This document shows positions 8,474 through 18,889 of a DNA stretch of 64,000 nt, in pieces. The notes below the pieces were generated by a model. It saw only the letters and a list, made by a program, of their open reading frames with translations. It was not told where the DNA came from and searched no databases. This DNA is from Bacteroidales bacterium UBA3843 (lineage in GTDB: Bacteria; Bacteroidota; Bacteroidia; Bacteroidales; Paludibacteraceae). Location: positions 65,154-129,153 of the forward strand of contig DGHR01000003.1 of assembly GCA_002392745.1 (NCBI GenBank), read 5' to 3'. Every line of letters begins with the position of its first letter. Positions within the stretch are counted from its first letter, which is position 1. A program made the translations under genes and the position numbers.

Positions 8474-10140
8474 TTTTTCTTTTTATAAGTGTTTAGATTG
8501 CCGTGTACTTCCTTGGTCTGTTTATGTACAAAAAGTCCGGGCAACATTGTTTTGATAACTCCATCGATACAAGGTCCAAACAAATACAGCGGGTATGGCG
8601 CCCACGCATCGTTTTTCCATTCCACGGAATAACTTCTAGGATGAATGTCCACCGCGGTAGGGTTGCTTTTCGGAATCAGCGTGTTTGCCAGCGATGTAAA
8701 GACATCCGCATATTTTGTGATGATTCTATAAGGCACCTGGTCCTCCTTGTGCACCTTGACATTCAGTCCTTTGTATTGCATACAGAACTCGCCTTTGGCT
8801 TTTTGTCTGTCTCCGCTATAGTTGGCGTCTATCTTGTTTATATGACAGTCGCATGTGATAGCCACCAAGGGCCGAATAAAAGGATTCAAATCCTGCAGTT
8901 CGGCATCGGTTCCGCTGATGGAAATATCAAACCGCGCATCATGATCGATGTACATATTGAATTTCGCGTCCACGATACCGTTCTTGCCGAAAGGAGCATG
9001 CAGGCGGTTGTACCAAACGGCTCCTGTCTTGTTGGTGATATTATCCAACCGGGCGTGTATATCGTTCAGGCGCAGTTTGCCGCAGTTGACATCCGAGGTG
9101 GTAACCTCTATATCAATCTTATGAACTACCGCCGTAGCCTGTTTGATACAGAAATACTCCGGAATCCGGCGCAGTATATCCTGGGGAATAGGGAATGGCT
9201 CTTTCGGCGCATGGCGCGCATCCCTGTGAACATGCATACGCCGTACGTTTGCGTGAAGGGAATCGAGCGTGTAGTCCTTATCCAAAATCTTATGCAACGG
9301 GTTGAAAGCCGAAGTAGAGAGACTATTCAACTCCAGGTCCATCCAAGTGGTGGGTTCGTTATGCATGTCCGCCAGTTTGCGCGGAGAAACGGTATTCCTG
9401 TAGCGCGTGTATCCCAGATGAAAAGGTCCCTGGTTTTTGGTCCGGAAACCGTGAATCTCCAGCGAAGACAAGCTGTCGGGAATAACAACAGACGCTTCGC
9501 CAACAGAAACCTCGTACACGGAATCATTGTAAGTGAACAGGGAGTCGCCAAAATCATACCGGAAATCGCGTACCTGTGCAGTCAGACTATCTATGTTCAG
9601 TTCGAGCGATGTATTCAGGCTATACAGTTCGGCGTGTGCATTGTTCACGCGTATTTTTCTGAGGTCCGCCAGTTTGAGCCACTGTCCCGCGTCCTCGAGC
9701 GTGGTGTCTTTAGGCAGGGCCGGCAGAATAGCCTCCGGATGCTTTTCGTCCAAATAGCAAACAAACGACGGATTATCCGCTGTAAGGCTGCTGACATGCA
9801 AGTGCTTTTCGCGGAAGAGTTTTCTATAACTGATATGTCCGACCGTGAGGGTAGGTACGTTTATTGCCAGCCCCGGCATACGCTGCCCGGATTGCAACGT
9901 GTCGTTCCGATTGATACTGTTGGTGGCAAAATATATGTCCTCCACGATAGCCGTACCGCTAAGGAAGAAGATGTGTATATCACCGATAGACGCCTCTACA
10001 TCCGGAATATCCTCAAAGGCATCTTTCACCTCTCGGTGTACGAGCCGCGACACCCAAATATCGGTAGTCACGACAGCAGCCGCGAACAGCCCAATAACAA
10101 CGCCGAGCGTCCATAATGTAATTTTAACCGGCTTTTTCAT
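8470..10140 (-). CDS. hypothetical N-terminally membrane-anchored envelope protein (AsmA/DUF748-like N-terminus, tentative)
   Basis: 556 aa with a single N-terminal TM (ITLWTLGVVIGLFAAAVVTT). It is preferred over the 537-aa plus-strand ORF 8503-10116, which is the Arg-rich codon-aligned shadow frame. Confidence 0.7.
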   Translation of the reverse strand: MKKPVKITLWTLGVVIGLFAAAVVTTDIWVSRLVHREVKDAFEDIPDVEASIGDIHIFFLSGTAIVEDIYFATNSINRNDTLQSGQRMPGLAINVPTLTVGHISYRKLFREKHLHVSSLTADNPSFVCYLDEKHPEAILPALPKDTTLEDAGQWLKLADLRKIRVNNAHAELYSLNTSLELNIDSLTAQVRDFRYDFGDSLFTYNDSVYEVSVGEASVVIPDSLSSLEIHGFRTKNQGPFHLGYTRYRNTVSPRKLADMHNEPTTWMDLELNSLSTSAFNPLHKILDKDYTLDSLHANVRRMHVHRDARHAPKEPFPIPQDILRRIPEYFCIKQATAVVHKIDIEVTTSDVNCGKLRLNDIHARLDNITNKTGAVWYNRLHAPFGKNGIVDAKFNMYIDHDARFDISISGTDAELQDLNPFIRPLVAITCDCHINKIDANYSGDRQKAKGEFCMQYKGLNVKVHKEDQVPYRIITKYADVFTSLANTLIPKSNPTAVDIHPRSYSVEWKNDAWAPYPLYLFGPCIDGVIKTMLPGLFVHKQTKEVHGNLNTYKKKK

Positions 10141-10709
10141 AACAAGAACAATTTAGAGTGCACAATTAATGAATGATTGTTGTATGTCCTGTCTCTCCGC
10201 CATAAGCGGTCCGGAAAGGAGTGTAAACGCGAATAGTATGTAGAAATATCTTTTCAACATTCCGCAGCCAATCACAGCCATTCGGCACAAATCGGGTACA
10301 AAAATACAGCTTTTTTTGCATATATGCAAATATTGGCCCAAAATAATTGTCTAAAATTCCGGAAGAATGCACACCGGACAGAAACAAACCGTATTCATCT
10401 TCACTGGATATATACACAGTATATATAGGTATGTGTGGGATACAATATTACTCCGAATCGTCCACTACGCGCCTCAAACGCGAGTCACAAAATGAGCGAA
10501 ACAGAGTGTTTTGGCAGAAAAAGTTCAATACGGTTTCGTGTGGGCACACGCTGTCACGTGCGCACAAACGTCATAAACGGGCATAAAGGGCATTTATTTG
10601 CGTTCTGAGCGCATGAATGAATTAGTCCGACAGTTAACCGCACAGACCCAAAAATCAAAAAATATGCAATAAAAATGCAGAAATATTTGCGTATGTAATT
10701 TTTTTTTAG

Positions 10710-10717
10710 TAATTTTG
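10710..10717 (+). promoter_or_regulatory. candidate -7 box (TAatTTTG)
   Basis: taattttg lies 39 nt upstream of the ATG at 10756, with an A/T-rich tract upstream. Confidence 0.35.
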
Positions 10718-10755
10718 CGCCGCAAAATATGGTCAAACCAATCTACATTACAGCA

Positions 10756-11640
10756 ATGAAGCGCTTTTTATTTACTACAGTGCTTGTTCTGGCGGCCGTA
10801 GCAACCGTACAGGCAGATGCATACAGGGACGCCCTCAGTGAGTACTTGAAGAAAAAAAATATCGCGCAGGAACAGGAAAGTTATGTGGAGATGATAACTC
10901 CGCTTGCCAAGCAACTATTTCCCGACGACGAAAAAGCAACCTCCGCGCTGGCGGAGTATTTCTCGTCGCAACTGGTAGATGATATTATAGATCTGAACGA
11001 GCCTGTTTACCGCAAACACATGAGTATTGCGGATTTGCAGGAGTTAGGAAAATTATATTCCGACCCCCGCATGGCCGATATTGAAAAGCGTAGTGCGGAA
11101 ATAGCAAGCGCCATGCAGAAATCGGAAGAGTTTGCCGCATACATGCAGAATATCCAAACTGCTTTTATGGAAATCCTGTCCGGCAATCCGATGCCTGAGG
11201 ATATGCCTCTGCCCGCCGAAATCTCGCCGGCATACTACGAAGCGTTTATGCAGTATTACAAAAACTCCCGCATGGACGAGATGATGAATACCTCCATGCG
11301 CACTGTGTTCGAAGCGGCGAAAAGCATGCTGCAGAAAAACAATCTCCCCGATATGGACAAAAAAGTCCAAGATTTGACCGATTATTCAGTGCGCAACATT
11401 CCCAACGTAGTAGCCATGGTAATGCACAAAACCATCACCATGGATGACTTGCGCCTGTTGTCTGAAGTAGCCGCCAAGCCCTGCGCCCAACGCGCAGCTG
11501 CCGCCGCAGTAGAACAATCCGAAAATCCGCTCCAGTTGGGTTTGCAGGTAATCGGCAAAATGGCGGACTGGATGGATGTGCACTACCCCCAATATGCCTC
11601 TCCATTCCGCGAGATGGTGAAAATGATGGAAAATTTATAA
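10756..11640 (+). CDS. hypothetical secreted all-alpha protein
   Basis: Starting at the internal ATG gives MKRFLFTTVLVLAAVATVQA, a signal peptide. 294 aa. No catalytic motif recognised. Confidence 0.65.
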   Translation: MKRFLFTTVLVLAAVATVQADAYRDALSEYLKKKNIAQEQESYVEMITPLAKQLFPDDEKATSALAEYFSSQLVDDIIDLNEPVYRKHMSIADLQELGKLYSDPRMADIEKRSAEIASAMQKSEEFAAYMQNIQTAFMEILSGNPMPEDMPLPAEISPAYYEAFMQYYKNSRMDEMMNTSMRTVFEAAKSMLQKNNLPDMDKKVQDLTDYSVRNIPNVVAMVMHKTITMDDLRLLSEVAAKPCAQRAAAAAVEQSENPLQLGLQVIGKMADWMDVHYPQYASPFREMVKMMENL

Positions 11641-11661
11641 AACACAAACAAATAACAAAAA

Positions 11662-14262
11662 ATGGAAGAAAACAACGAAAACAAACAAGAAGAGCTGATT
11701 CAGAACGATCACATCATTCCTGTGAAGATAGACGAGGAAATGAAGTCCTCGTATATCGATTACTCGATGAGCGTAATTGTGAGCCGTGCGCTGCCAGATG
11801 TGCGTGACGGATTCAAGCCGGTTCACCGCCGTGTATTGTTCGGAATGAATGAGTTGGGCAACACGAGTGACAAACCGACCAAGAAAAGTGCCCGTATCGT
11901 CGGTGAGGTAATGGGTAAGTACCACCCTCACGGAGACAGCAGTATCTATGGAACCCTGGTTCGTATGGCTCAGCCATGGGCAATGCGTTATTGCCTGGTA
12001 GACGGCCAAGGAAACTTCGGTTCTGTCGATGGTGACGGTGCAGCCGCCATGCGTTATACGGAGGCACGTTTGTCGAAACTGGCGGAAGAGATGCTCCGCG
12101 ACATCGACAAAGATACAGTAGACATGCAACTGAACTTCGATGACTCGCTGCGCGAGCCGGTAGTTCTGCCTTGCCGTTTCCCGAACCTGCTGGTAAACGG
12201 AGCCAGCGGTATCGCCGTAGGTATGGCGACGAACATGCCAACCCACAACCTGGGCGAAGTGATAGACGGTTGCTGCGCCTATATCAATAATATCAAAGCG
12301 CGCATGCACGATGCAAACGCTCCGGAGATAACCGTAGAAGATTTGATGGAGTATGTAAAGGCTCCGGATTTCCCGACCGGCGGAACCATTTACGGCTACC
12401 AGGGCGTAAAAGACGCCTTTGAGACAGGCCGCGGACGTATCATCATCCGCAGTAACGCCGATATCGAGACAGATGACAACGGACGCGAGCGCATCGTGAT
12501 AACCGAGTTGCCGTACGGCGTTGTGAAGAGCGACCTGGTGAAAAATATCGCCGAGCTGGTCAACGACAAGAAGATAGAAGGCATCGCAGACATCGCCGAC
12601 CACTCCAAACGCGATATCCGTATCGTAGTGGAGGTAAAACGCGACGCAAACGCACAGGTGGTGCTGAACAAACTATACAAGTTCACCGCCCTGCAGTCCA
12701 GTTTCGCCGTAAACAATATCGCGCTGGTAAAAGGCCGTCCGATGTTGCTGAACCTGAAACAACTGATAGGTTATTTCATCGAGCACCGTATGGACGTAGT
12801 GACCCGCCGCACCCGCTACGAACTGCGCAAAGCGGAGGAGAAAGCCCACATCCTGGAAGGTTTGATCATCGCCGTAGACAATATCGACGAGGTGGTACGT
12901 ATCATCCGCGCCAGCCGCACTCCGGCAGATGCACAAGCCAATCTGGAGGCCCGCTTCAATCTGGACAACCTGCAGTCGAAAGCCATCGTAGATATGCGTC
13001 TGTCGGCCCTGACAGGTCTGCGTATCGACGAGTTGAAAGCCGAATATGCCGAGTTGGAGAAACTGATTGCCCACCTGAACGAGTTGCTGGCCAACGAAGA
13101 GATGCGTTATGACCTGATTAACACCGAATTGGTGGAGGTAAAAGACAAATACGCAGACGAGCGCCGCACGAAAATCGTCAAGATGGCTACCGAGTTCAAC
13201 CCCGAAGATATGTATGCCGACGACGACATGGTAATCACCATTTCGCATCTGGGTTATATCAAACGTACTCCTCTGGCAGATTTCCGCCAACAGACCCGCG
13301 GCGGTATCGGTTCGAAAGCCGGCAGCGCCCGCGACCAGGATTTCATCGAGTATGTATATCAAGCATCGATGCACTCCACAATGATGTTCTTCACCGAGAT
13401 GGGCCGTCTGTACTGGCTGAAAGTATATGAGTTGCCGGAAGGTAACAAACAGTCGAAAGGCCGTGCTATCCAGAATATGATTAACCTGCAGAAAGGCGAC
13501 AAGGTACGCACCTGCATCAACGTCAAAGGTCTGAACGACACCGAATACGTACAGAACCACTTCCTCATTTTCGTAACCAAGAACGGTTTGATGAAGAAGA
13601 CCACATTGGAGGCCTACAGCCGTCCGCGCGCCAATGGTATCAACGCTGTAGGATTGCGCGAAGGCGACGAACTGATTGGTGTAACACTGACCGACGGACA
13701 GAGCGAAATGCTGGTAGCATCGTACAACGGCAAAGTGGTTCGTTTCAACGAGGCAGGCGTTCGTCCGATGGGTCGCGGCGCAAGCGGTGTGAAAGCGATA
13801 ACTTTGGAAAATGATGGCCAGGATCGTGTAATTGGCATGGTTTGTGTAGAGAAGGGTACAGACAAGACTATTCTCGTCATTTCGGAGAAGGGCTTCGGCA
13901 AACGTACGCCGGTAGACGACGAAGAGGGCAATCCTATCTATCGCGTCACCAACCGCGGCGGCAAGGGAGTCAAGACAATCGAGATTACCGAGAAGACCGG
14001 TCAGCTGGTAGGCATCGAAGCCGTTACGGACGATGTGGACCTGATGTTAATGACCAAGTCCGGCACAGCTATCCGTATGGATATCTCCACCATCCGCGTC
14101 ACCGGCCGCGCTGCACAAGGCGTCAAACTGATTGACCTGGTAAAACGCAACGACAGTCTCGTAAGCGGATGCATCGTTCCGAAAGAGGAAGAGAGCGCCA
14201 GTGAAGAAGCGGATGCAGAAGAATCGCTCAATGAAGAAACAACAACTGAAAATCAAGAGTAA
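11662..14262 (+). CDS. gyrA: DNA gyrase subunit A
   Basis: 866 aa. It has the [22 protein letters not shown]-terminus, the active-site region [14 protein letters not shown], and a C-terminal beta-pinwheel repeat region with an acidic tail. Confidence 0.97.
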   Translation: MEENNENKQEELIQNDHIIPVKIDEEMKSSYIDYSMSVIVSRALPDVRDGFKPVHRRVLFGMNELGNTSDKPTKKSARIVGEVMGKYHPHGDSSIYGTLVRMAQPWAMRYCLVDGQGNFGSVDGDGAAAMRYTEARLSKLAEEMLRDIDKDTVDMQLNFDDSLREPVVLPCRFPNLLVNGASGIAVGMATNMPTHNLGEVIDGCCAYINNIKARMHDANAPEITVEDLMEYVKAPDFPTGGTIYGYQGVKDAFETGRGRIIIRSNADIETDDNGRERIVITELPYGVVKSDLVKNIAELVNDKKIEGIADIADHSKRDIRIVVEVKRDANAQVVLNKLYKFTALQSSFAVNNIALVKGRPMLLNLKQLIGYFIEHRMDVVTRRTRYELRKAEEKAHILEGLIIAVDNIDEVVRIIRASRTPADAQANLEARFNLDNLQSKAIVDMRLSALTGLRIDELKAEYAELEKLIAHLNELLANEEMRYDLINTELVEVKDKYADERRTKIVKMATEFNPEDMYADDDMVITISHLGYIKRTPLADFRQQTRGGIGSKAGSARDQDFIEYVYQASMHSTMMFFTEMGRLYWLKVYELPEGNKQSKGRAIQNMINLQKGDKVRTCINVKGLNDTEYVQNHFLIFVTKNGLMKKTTLEAYSRPRANGINAVGLREGDELIGVTLTDGQSEMLVASYNGKVVRFNEAGVRPMGRGASGVKAITLENDGQDRVIGMVCVEKGTDKTILVISEKGFGKRTPVDDEEGNPIYRVTNRGGKGVKTIEITEKTGQLVGIEAVTDDVDLMLMTKSGTAIRMDISTIRVTGRAAQGVKLIDLVKRNDSLVSGCIVPKEEESASEEADAEESLNEETTTENQE

Positions 14263-14263
14263 T

Positions 14264-15514
14264 ATGAAAAAAACATTGATTTTGGCAATGACGATGCTGA
14301 TAAGCGTCGGTTGCTTTGCTCAGAAAAACCCGTTGGTAAAGAAAGCAAAAAATTATGCAATGGGTGAGACCCCGGATTTCGCTGCCGCCCGTGCAACCAT
14401 CGGCGAGGCTCTGGAAGCTGCACCAACCACAGAGACCTACTATTGGGCCGGAATGATTGGTTATCAGGAAGTTACCCACGAGAACTACAACCAAGTACTC
14501 GGCAAAGGTTACAGCCAGGCAAAAGCCGGTGCCGCCGCTGCAGAGAGCTATGATTATTGGCTGAAAGCAGACGAATTGGCAATGGTTCCGACTCTGGACA
14601 AGAAGGGCCGTGAGGTAGTGGACCAGAAGACCCGTAATAACATCAGCAAAAAGATGCTGGAGTATTACAAGAACCAAGAATTGGTAAAATACGGTATCTA
14701 CCTGAACGAGCAGAAAGACTATTCGGGCGCATACGAAGCATTCAAGAAGCATATCAGCATACCTGAGTTGCCGATGATGCAGACCGAAAAACTCCAGAAG
14801 GAAATGCCGCGTGACACAACGTATCAGCAATACAAGTATTATGCAGCTATTTTTGCCGTTCAAGCAGAGATGCACCCGGAAGCGATAGCATTGCTGAGCG
14901 AAATGAAGGACGGAGAATACGAGTCTATCTCAGTCAACCAATTCCTTTATCAGGAATATGTAGCTGTAAAAGACACGGCTAATTTCGTAGCAACACTGCA
15001 GAACGCCATCTCCCGTTTCCCGAAAGAGTCATGGTTCCTGCAGAACCTAATCAACTACTACATCTTCTCCGGTCAGGAACAGGCAGCCATTGACTATCTG
15101 GAAAAAGCCATCGAGCGTGAGCCCAATGTAGCCCAATACCATCATATCAAAGGCAATCTGGATGAGAACCAAGGTAACTATGAAGAGGCTCTGAAAGATT
15201 TTGATAACGCTCTGGCTATCGATCCGACACTGGCAGACGCAATGGCAGGCAAAGGCCGTGTATATTACAACCAAGCCGTAAAACTGAATGAAGCCGCTGC
15301 GCTCATCAGCGATAACAAGGCATACAAAAAGGCCCTTGCAGAGATGAATGAGGTATTCCGCAAATCTCTGCCGTTCTTCGAGAAAGCCCATGAGATGGAT
15401 CCGAAAGAGCGCAGTTATATCCAGACGCTCAAGGGATTGTACTACCGCTTCCAATCCGAACCGGGTATGCAGGCAAAGTACGATGCCATGTCTGAGGCAT
15501 TGAACAACCTCTAA
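14264..15514 (+). CDS. tetratricopeptide-repeat lipoprotein/secreted protein
   Basis: The start is placed at the ATG 1 nt after the gyrA stop, giving MKKTLILAMTMLISVGCFAQ. Repeated TPR-like helices follow (..YEEALKDFDNALAIDPTLADAMAGKGRVYY..). Confidence 0.85.
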   Translation: MKKTLILAMTMLISVGCFAQKNPLVKKAKNYAMGETPDFAAARATIGEALEAAPTTETYYWAGMIGYQEVTHENYNQVLGKGYSQAKAGAAAAESYDYWLKADELAMVPTLDKKGREVVDQKTRNNISKKMLEYYKNQELVKYGIYLNEQKDYSGAYEAFKKHISIPELPMMQTEKLQKEMPRDTTYQQYKYYAAIFAVQAEMHPEAIALLSEMKDGEYESISVNQFLYQEYVAVKDTANFVATLQNAISRFPKESWFLQNLINYYIFSGQEQAAIDYLEKAIEREPNVAQYHHIKGNLDENQGNYEEALKDFDNALAIDPTLADAMAGKGRVYYNQAVKLNEAAALISDNKAYKKALAEMNEVFRKSLPFFEKAHEMDPKERSYIQTLKGLYYRFQSEPGMQAKYDAMSEALNNL

Positions 15515-15927
15515 TGGGACGTATATTAGCCATAGACTACGGTCGTAAGCGCACAGGATTAGCCGTTACGGACACACTCCGCATAACGGCTAATCCGCTG
15601 CTTACAATCGAGACGAAGGAATTGATGAATTGGTTGAAAGACTACTTCGCGAGCGAGCAAGTGGACGAAGTAGTAATAGGCAAGCCCACCCAGATGAACG
15701 GCTCGGAATCCGAATCGATGAACTATATACGTCCGTTCATAGGAAATTTCAAGAAACAATTTCCAGACAAACCGATAACTATGTATGACGAGCGTTTTAC
15801 ATCAGTACTCGCTCACCAGGCAATGCTGGCCGGAGGCATGAAAAAGAAAAACCGGCAAAACAAAGCAGTAGTTGACAAATTAGCTGCATGCATAATTTTG
15901 GAAGGCTATCTGGACAGCCTTCGATAG
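15514..15927 (+). CDS. ruvX: Holliday junction resolvase RuvX (YqgF family)
   Basis: 137 aa. MGRILAIDYGRKRTGLAVTD is the canonical YqgF N-terminus. Its start overlaps the upstream stop. Confidence 0.9.
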   Translation: MGRILAIDYGRKRTGLAVTDTLRITANPLLTIETKELMNWLKDYFASEQVDEVVIGKPTQMNGSESESMNYIRPFIGNFKKQFPDKPITMYDERFTSVLAHQAMLAGGMKKKNRQNKAVVDKLAACIILEGYLDSLR

Positions 15928-15960
15928 AGAAGTGCCTAAGGCACATAAAGAGTCAAGAAT

Positions 15961-16509
15961 ATGATACTACCTATATATTTATACGGTCAGGCGGTATTGC
16001 GCAAGCCCACAGAGGAAATCACGCAAACGCCCGAACTGAAACAGTTTATCGCCGACATGTACGAGACCTTGGCGCAGGCCGACGGTTGCGGATTAGCCGC
16101 CCCACAGGTAGGCAAGTCCTGGAGGTTGTTCATTGTGAACGGAACCGAGTTGGCAGAAGATTACCCCGAGTGCACGGATTTCAAACGCACTTTCATCAAT
16201 CCGGAATTGCTGGAAGCAAGCGAAGAGACGTGTACCTACAGCGAGGGTTGTCTCTCCCTGCCGGGAATCAGCGAGAACGTTGTTCGCCCCAAGACCATCC
16301 GCATCCGTTATCAAGACGAGAATTTCGCAGAGCATGAAGAGGAGTTTACCGGTTTTTGCGCGCGGATTATCCAACATGAGTACGACCATTTGGAGGCACA
16401 CGTGTTTACCGACCGGATTTCACCTATCCGCAAAACATTCGTCCGCAACAAACTTGCATCCATAGCCAAAGGCAAAGTAGGTGCAAAATACAAATACAAG
16501 AGGCAATAA
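15961..16509 (+). CDS. def: peptide deformylase
   Basis: All three deformylase motifs are present: GCGLAAPQVG, EGCLSLPG, HEYDHL. Confidence 0.95.
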   Translation: MILPIYLYGQAVLRKPTEEITQTPELKQFIADMYETLAQADGCGLAAPQVGKSWRLFIVNGTELAEDYPECTDFKRTFINPELLEASEETCTYSEGCLSLPGISENVVRPKTIRIRYQDENFAEHEEEFTGFCARIIQHEYDHLEAHVFTDRISPIRKTFVRNKLASIAKGKVGAKYKYKRQ

Positions 16510-17079
16510 GTGGATATCATATCCATTATATTATTGGCAATCGGTCTTGCTATGGACTGTTTGGCAGTCAGCATAGCACAAGGATTGGCGACCGACAAAC
16601 AGGAAAAGGGACACAGCCCGCGTCCAATAGAGATGGCGGTTCTGTTTGGCCTATTCCAGGGCGGAATGCCGCTAATAGGGTATTACGCAGGAAATATATT
16701 CGCTTCGTTTTTCAATACCTACGCGCCTTGGATAGCATTGGGACTGTTAGCTGCCATAGGCGGAAAAATGGTATGGGAAGCACTGCACGAAGAAGACAAG
16801 AATGTCGGTTCGGCCGACTGGAGTCATGCTCACCTGCTGCTATTGGCAATAGCGACATCCATTGATGCGCTGGCAACCGGAGTGGTATTTATACCTTATC
16901 CGAACACACTATGGATTGCCGTGACAATAATAGGATTGACAAGTCTTGTTCTCTCGTTAACCGGATATGTGGTTGGCAAGAAAACAGGAGAACGACTGCA
17001 TCTCAACGTGACATTAGCAGGAGGCTTGATACTAATAGCTATCGGATTGAAAATCTGGATTCAAGGAGTATGTTTATAA
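16510..17079 (+). CDS. mntP: manganese efflux pump MntP
   Basis: 189 aa with 6 hydrophobic segments. LAIGLAMDCLAVSIAQG and IATSIDALATGV are the paired DUF204/MntP motifs. GTG start directly after the def stop. Confidence 0.85.
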   Translation: MDIISIILLAIGLAMDCLAVSIAQGLATDKQEKGHSPRPIEMAVLFGLFQGGMPLIGYYAGNIFASFFNTYAPWIALGLLAAIGGKMVWEALHEEDKNVGSADWSHAHLLLLAIATSIDALATGVVFIPYPNTLWIAVTIIGLTSLVLSLTGYVVGKKTGERLHLNVTLAGGLILIAIGLKIWIQGVCL

Positions 17080-17654
17080 TAAGAGACACATTAGTCAGCC
17101 TTGATGTCCTGGAGAAGGAGTTCTGCTGCGACCTGGACAAGTGTCGCGGATGTTGCTGTATAGAAGGAGACGCCGGCGCACCACTGAGTGAAGAGGAAGA
17201 GCATAAAATCCAGGAGATACTGCCTATATTGCTGCCGGATATGACTCCAGAAGCGCGTGCCGTCGTATCGGCACAAGGGATTGCCTACAATGATCCGTCC
17301 GGCGAGCGTGTGACATCCATAGTGAACGACAAAGACTGTGTCTTCGCCCGAACCGACCATAACGGATGGTGTTATTGTCTGATAGAAAAAGCGTATAACG
17401 CGGGAAAGATAGATTTCAAGAAGCCTATTTCGTGCCATTTGTATCCCGTCCGCTTGACGCAAGTAGGCGAATATACCGGAGTGGAGTACCACCGATGGGA
17501 TATATGTCATTGTGCACGTGTGCTGGGTAAGAAACAGCATTTGCCATTATACCGCTTTCTCCGTGAGCCGCTTATCCGCCGTTTCGGCGAAGATTGGTAC
17601 AATGAGTTGGAATTAACCGCAACAGAATGGAAAAAACAATGCGCGCAGAAATAA
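17070..17654 (+). CDS. DUF3109-family cysteine-rich protein
   Basis: The internal ATG at 17070 gives MFIIRDTLVSLDVLEKEFCCDLDKCRGCCCIEGD, typical of DUF3109. The track ORF start at 16911 would run through mntP. Confidence 0.75.
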   Translation: MFIIRDTLVSLDVLEKEFCCDLDKCRGCCCIEGDAGAPLSEEEEHKIQEILPILLPDMTPEARAVVSAQGIAYNDPSGERVTSIVNDKDCVFARTDHNGWCYCLIEKAYNAGKIDFKKPISCHLYPVRLTQVGEYTGVEYHRWDICHCARVLGKKQHLPLYRFLREPLIRRFGEDWYNELELTATEWKKQCAQK

Positions 17655-18886
17655 TAACAATAGGAGACGAGTTGCTGATTGGTCAAGTAGTGGATACCAA
17701 TTCCGCCTGGATGGCCGAAAAACTGAATGAAGCAGGTATCGAATTATACCAAATCACCTCTGTCCATGACAGCCGCGAACACATCATCAAAGCATTGGAC
17801 GAAGCATTCAGCCGTGCAGATATAGTACTTACAACCGGCGGACTTGGTCCAACGGCAGATGATATCACCAAACATGTGCTGTGTGATTATTTTCACACCC
17901 GTTTGGTAGAAGATTCGCGCGTACGCGAACATATTAAGGAGTTATATAGCGGCCGGCCGGATGTGTTGAATCGTCTCACCGCCACACAATGGTTAGTGCC
18001 GGAGGATGCAATCATTCTGCCCAACAGGGTAGGCAGTGCGCCGCTGATGATATTTCACCATGGTCAACAGCTACTGGCTTCCATGCCGGGAGTACCCTAT
18101 GAGATGAAGATTGCCATGGAAGAACAAATCATGCCATATATCGGCAGTCAGACAATAAGTATTATTCACAAGACTCTATTAGTCAACGGAATACCAGAAT
18201 CCGCACTGGCTATATTGTTAGAAGATTTCGAAGCTGACAAACCTCAGTATATCCATTTAGCCTACCTGCCCAAAGACGGATTAATCCGCTTGCGTCTGTC
18301 TGCATACGGAGAAGCGGATGAAGAGGAGATGAACAAATGGTTCGAACAGTTAAAAAGACTGGTAAAAGATTATCTGGTGGCAGATGAAGATGTCCCATTG
18401 GAAGTCATCGTCGGCCGGTTATTACAAAAGGCGGGAAAAACCATATCCACCGCCGAGTCATGTACCGGCGGCAAGTTAGCCTCCTTGCTGAACAAACATT
18501 CCGGCAGTTCCGCTTTCTATTGGGGCTCCATCATCAGTTATGACAACAGCGTCAAACAGCACCTGTTATCCGTTCCCGAAGAGATGATACGGTTGCATGG
18601 TGTAGTAAGCGAAGAGGTAGTGCGACAAATGGCAACAGCGGTTCGCAGTCAGATAGGAACCGATTATGCCATAGCGACAAGCGGGATAGCCGGTCCCACC
18701 GGAGGCACCAAAGAGAAACCCGTCGGAACAGTCTGGATAGCCTGGGCGACACCTACTGACACCTATGCCGAATGCTTCCATTTAGGAGCATTGCGCGAGC
18801 AGATAACCGACCGTGCATGCCAAAAGGCGCTGGTAAGAATGATACAAATATTGAGGAACGAAGAAGAAAACCGCAAAGAGAATTGA
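17639..18886 (+). CDS. cinA: competence/damage-inducible protein CinA (MoCF-type domain plus nicotinamide-nucleotide amidohydrolase domain)
   Basis: MRAEIITIGDELLIGQVVDTNSAW N-terminus, with the C-terminal PncC-type motif TAESCTGG..AIATSGIAGPTGG. Confidence 0.88.
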   Translation: MRAEIITIGDELLIGQVVDTNSAWMAEKLNEAGIELYQITSVHDSREHIIKALDEAFSRADIVLTTGGLGPTADDITKHVLCDYFHTRLVEDSRVREHIKELYSGRPDVLNRLTATQWLVPEDAIILPNRVGSAPLMIFHHGQQLLASMPGVPYEMKIAMEEQIMPYIGSQTISIIHKTLLVNGIPESALAILLEDFEADKPQYIHLAYLPKDGLIRLRLSAYGEADEEEMNKWFEQLKRLVKDYLVADEDVPLEVIVGRLLQKAGKTISTAESCTGGKLASLLNKHSGSSAFYWGSIISYDNSVKQHLLSVPEEMIRLHGVVSEEVVRQMATAVRSQIGTDYAIATSGIAGPTGGTKEKPVGTVWIAWATPTDTYAECFHLGALREQITDRACQKALVRMIQILRNEEENRKEN

Positions 18887-18889
18887 TGT

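Noticed and set aside
8503-10116. 537-aa plus-strand ORF covering almost the whole 8470-10140 gene.
   Set aside because: It is the codon-aligned shadow frame of the minus-strand gene. The minus-strand product has a clean N-terminal TM anchor, balanced composition and 4-nt coupling to the next gene. The plus-strand product is Arg-rich and has no start context or partner genes.
10153-10417. 62-aa and 83-aa minus-strand ORFs in the leader region upstream of the 8470-10140 gene.
   Set aside because: They are short and overlap each other in different frames, with no motif. The region is better explained as a 5' leader following the promoter-like sequence near 10292-10323. There is not enough evidence to call a small protein.
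11635-13560. 322-aa and 295-aa minus-strand ORFs opposite gyrA. Similar cases lie opposite V-ATPase D/I (30982-31917), lon (53329-53973) and the carboxyltransferase (62099-62776).
   Set aside because: They lie opposite unambiguous housekeeping genes in the stop-depleted antisense frame and have no independent signals.
14201-17069. Longer N-terminal extensions offered by the ORF track (14201 for the TPR protein, 16911 for DUF3109, 6537 for a lipoprotein, 10729, 35155, 46618, 47577).
   Set aside because: The extensions overlap the preceding gene or add Arg/Lys-rich junk in front of a clean signal peptide or conserved N-terminus. Internal ATGs give canonical starts, so the shorter models were used.
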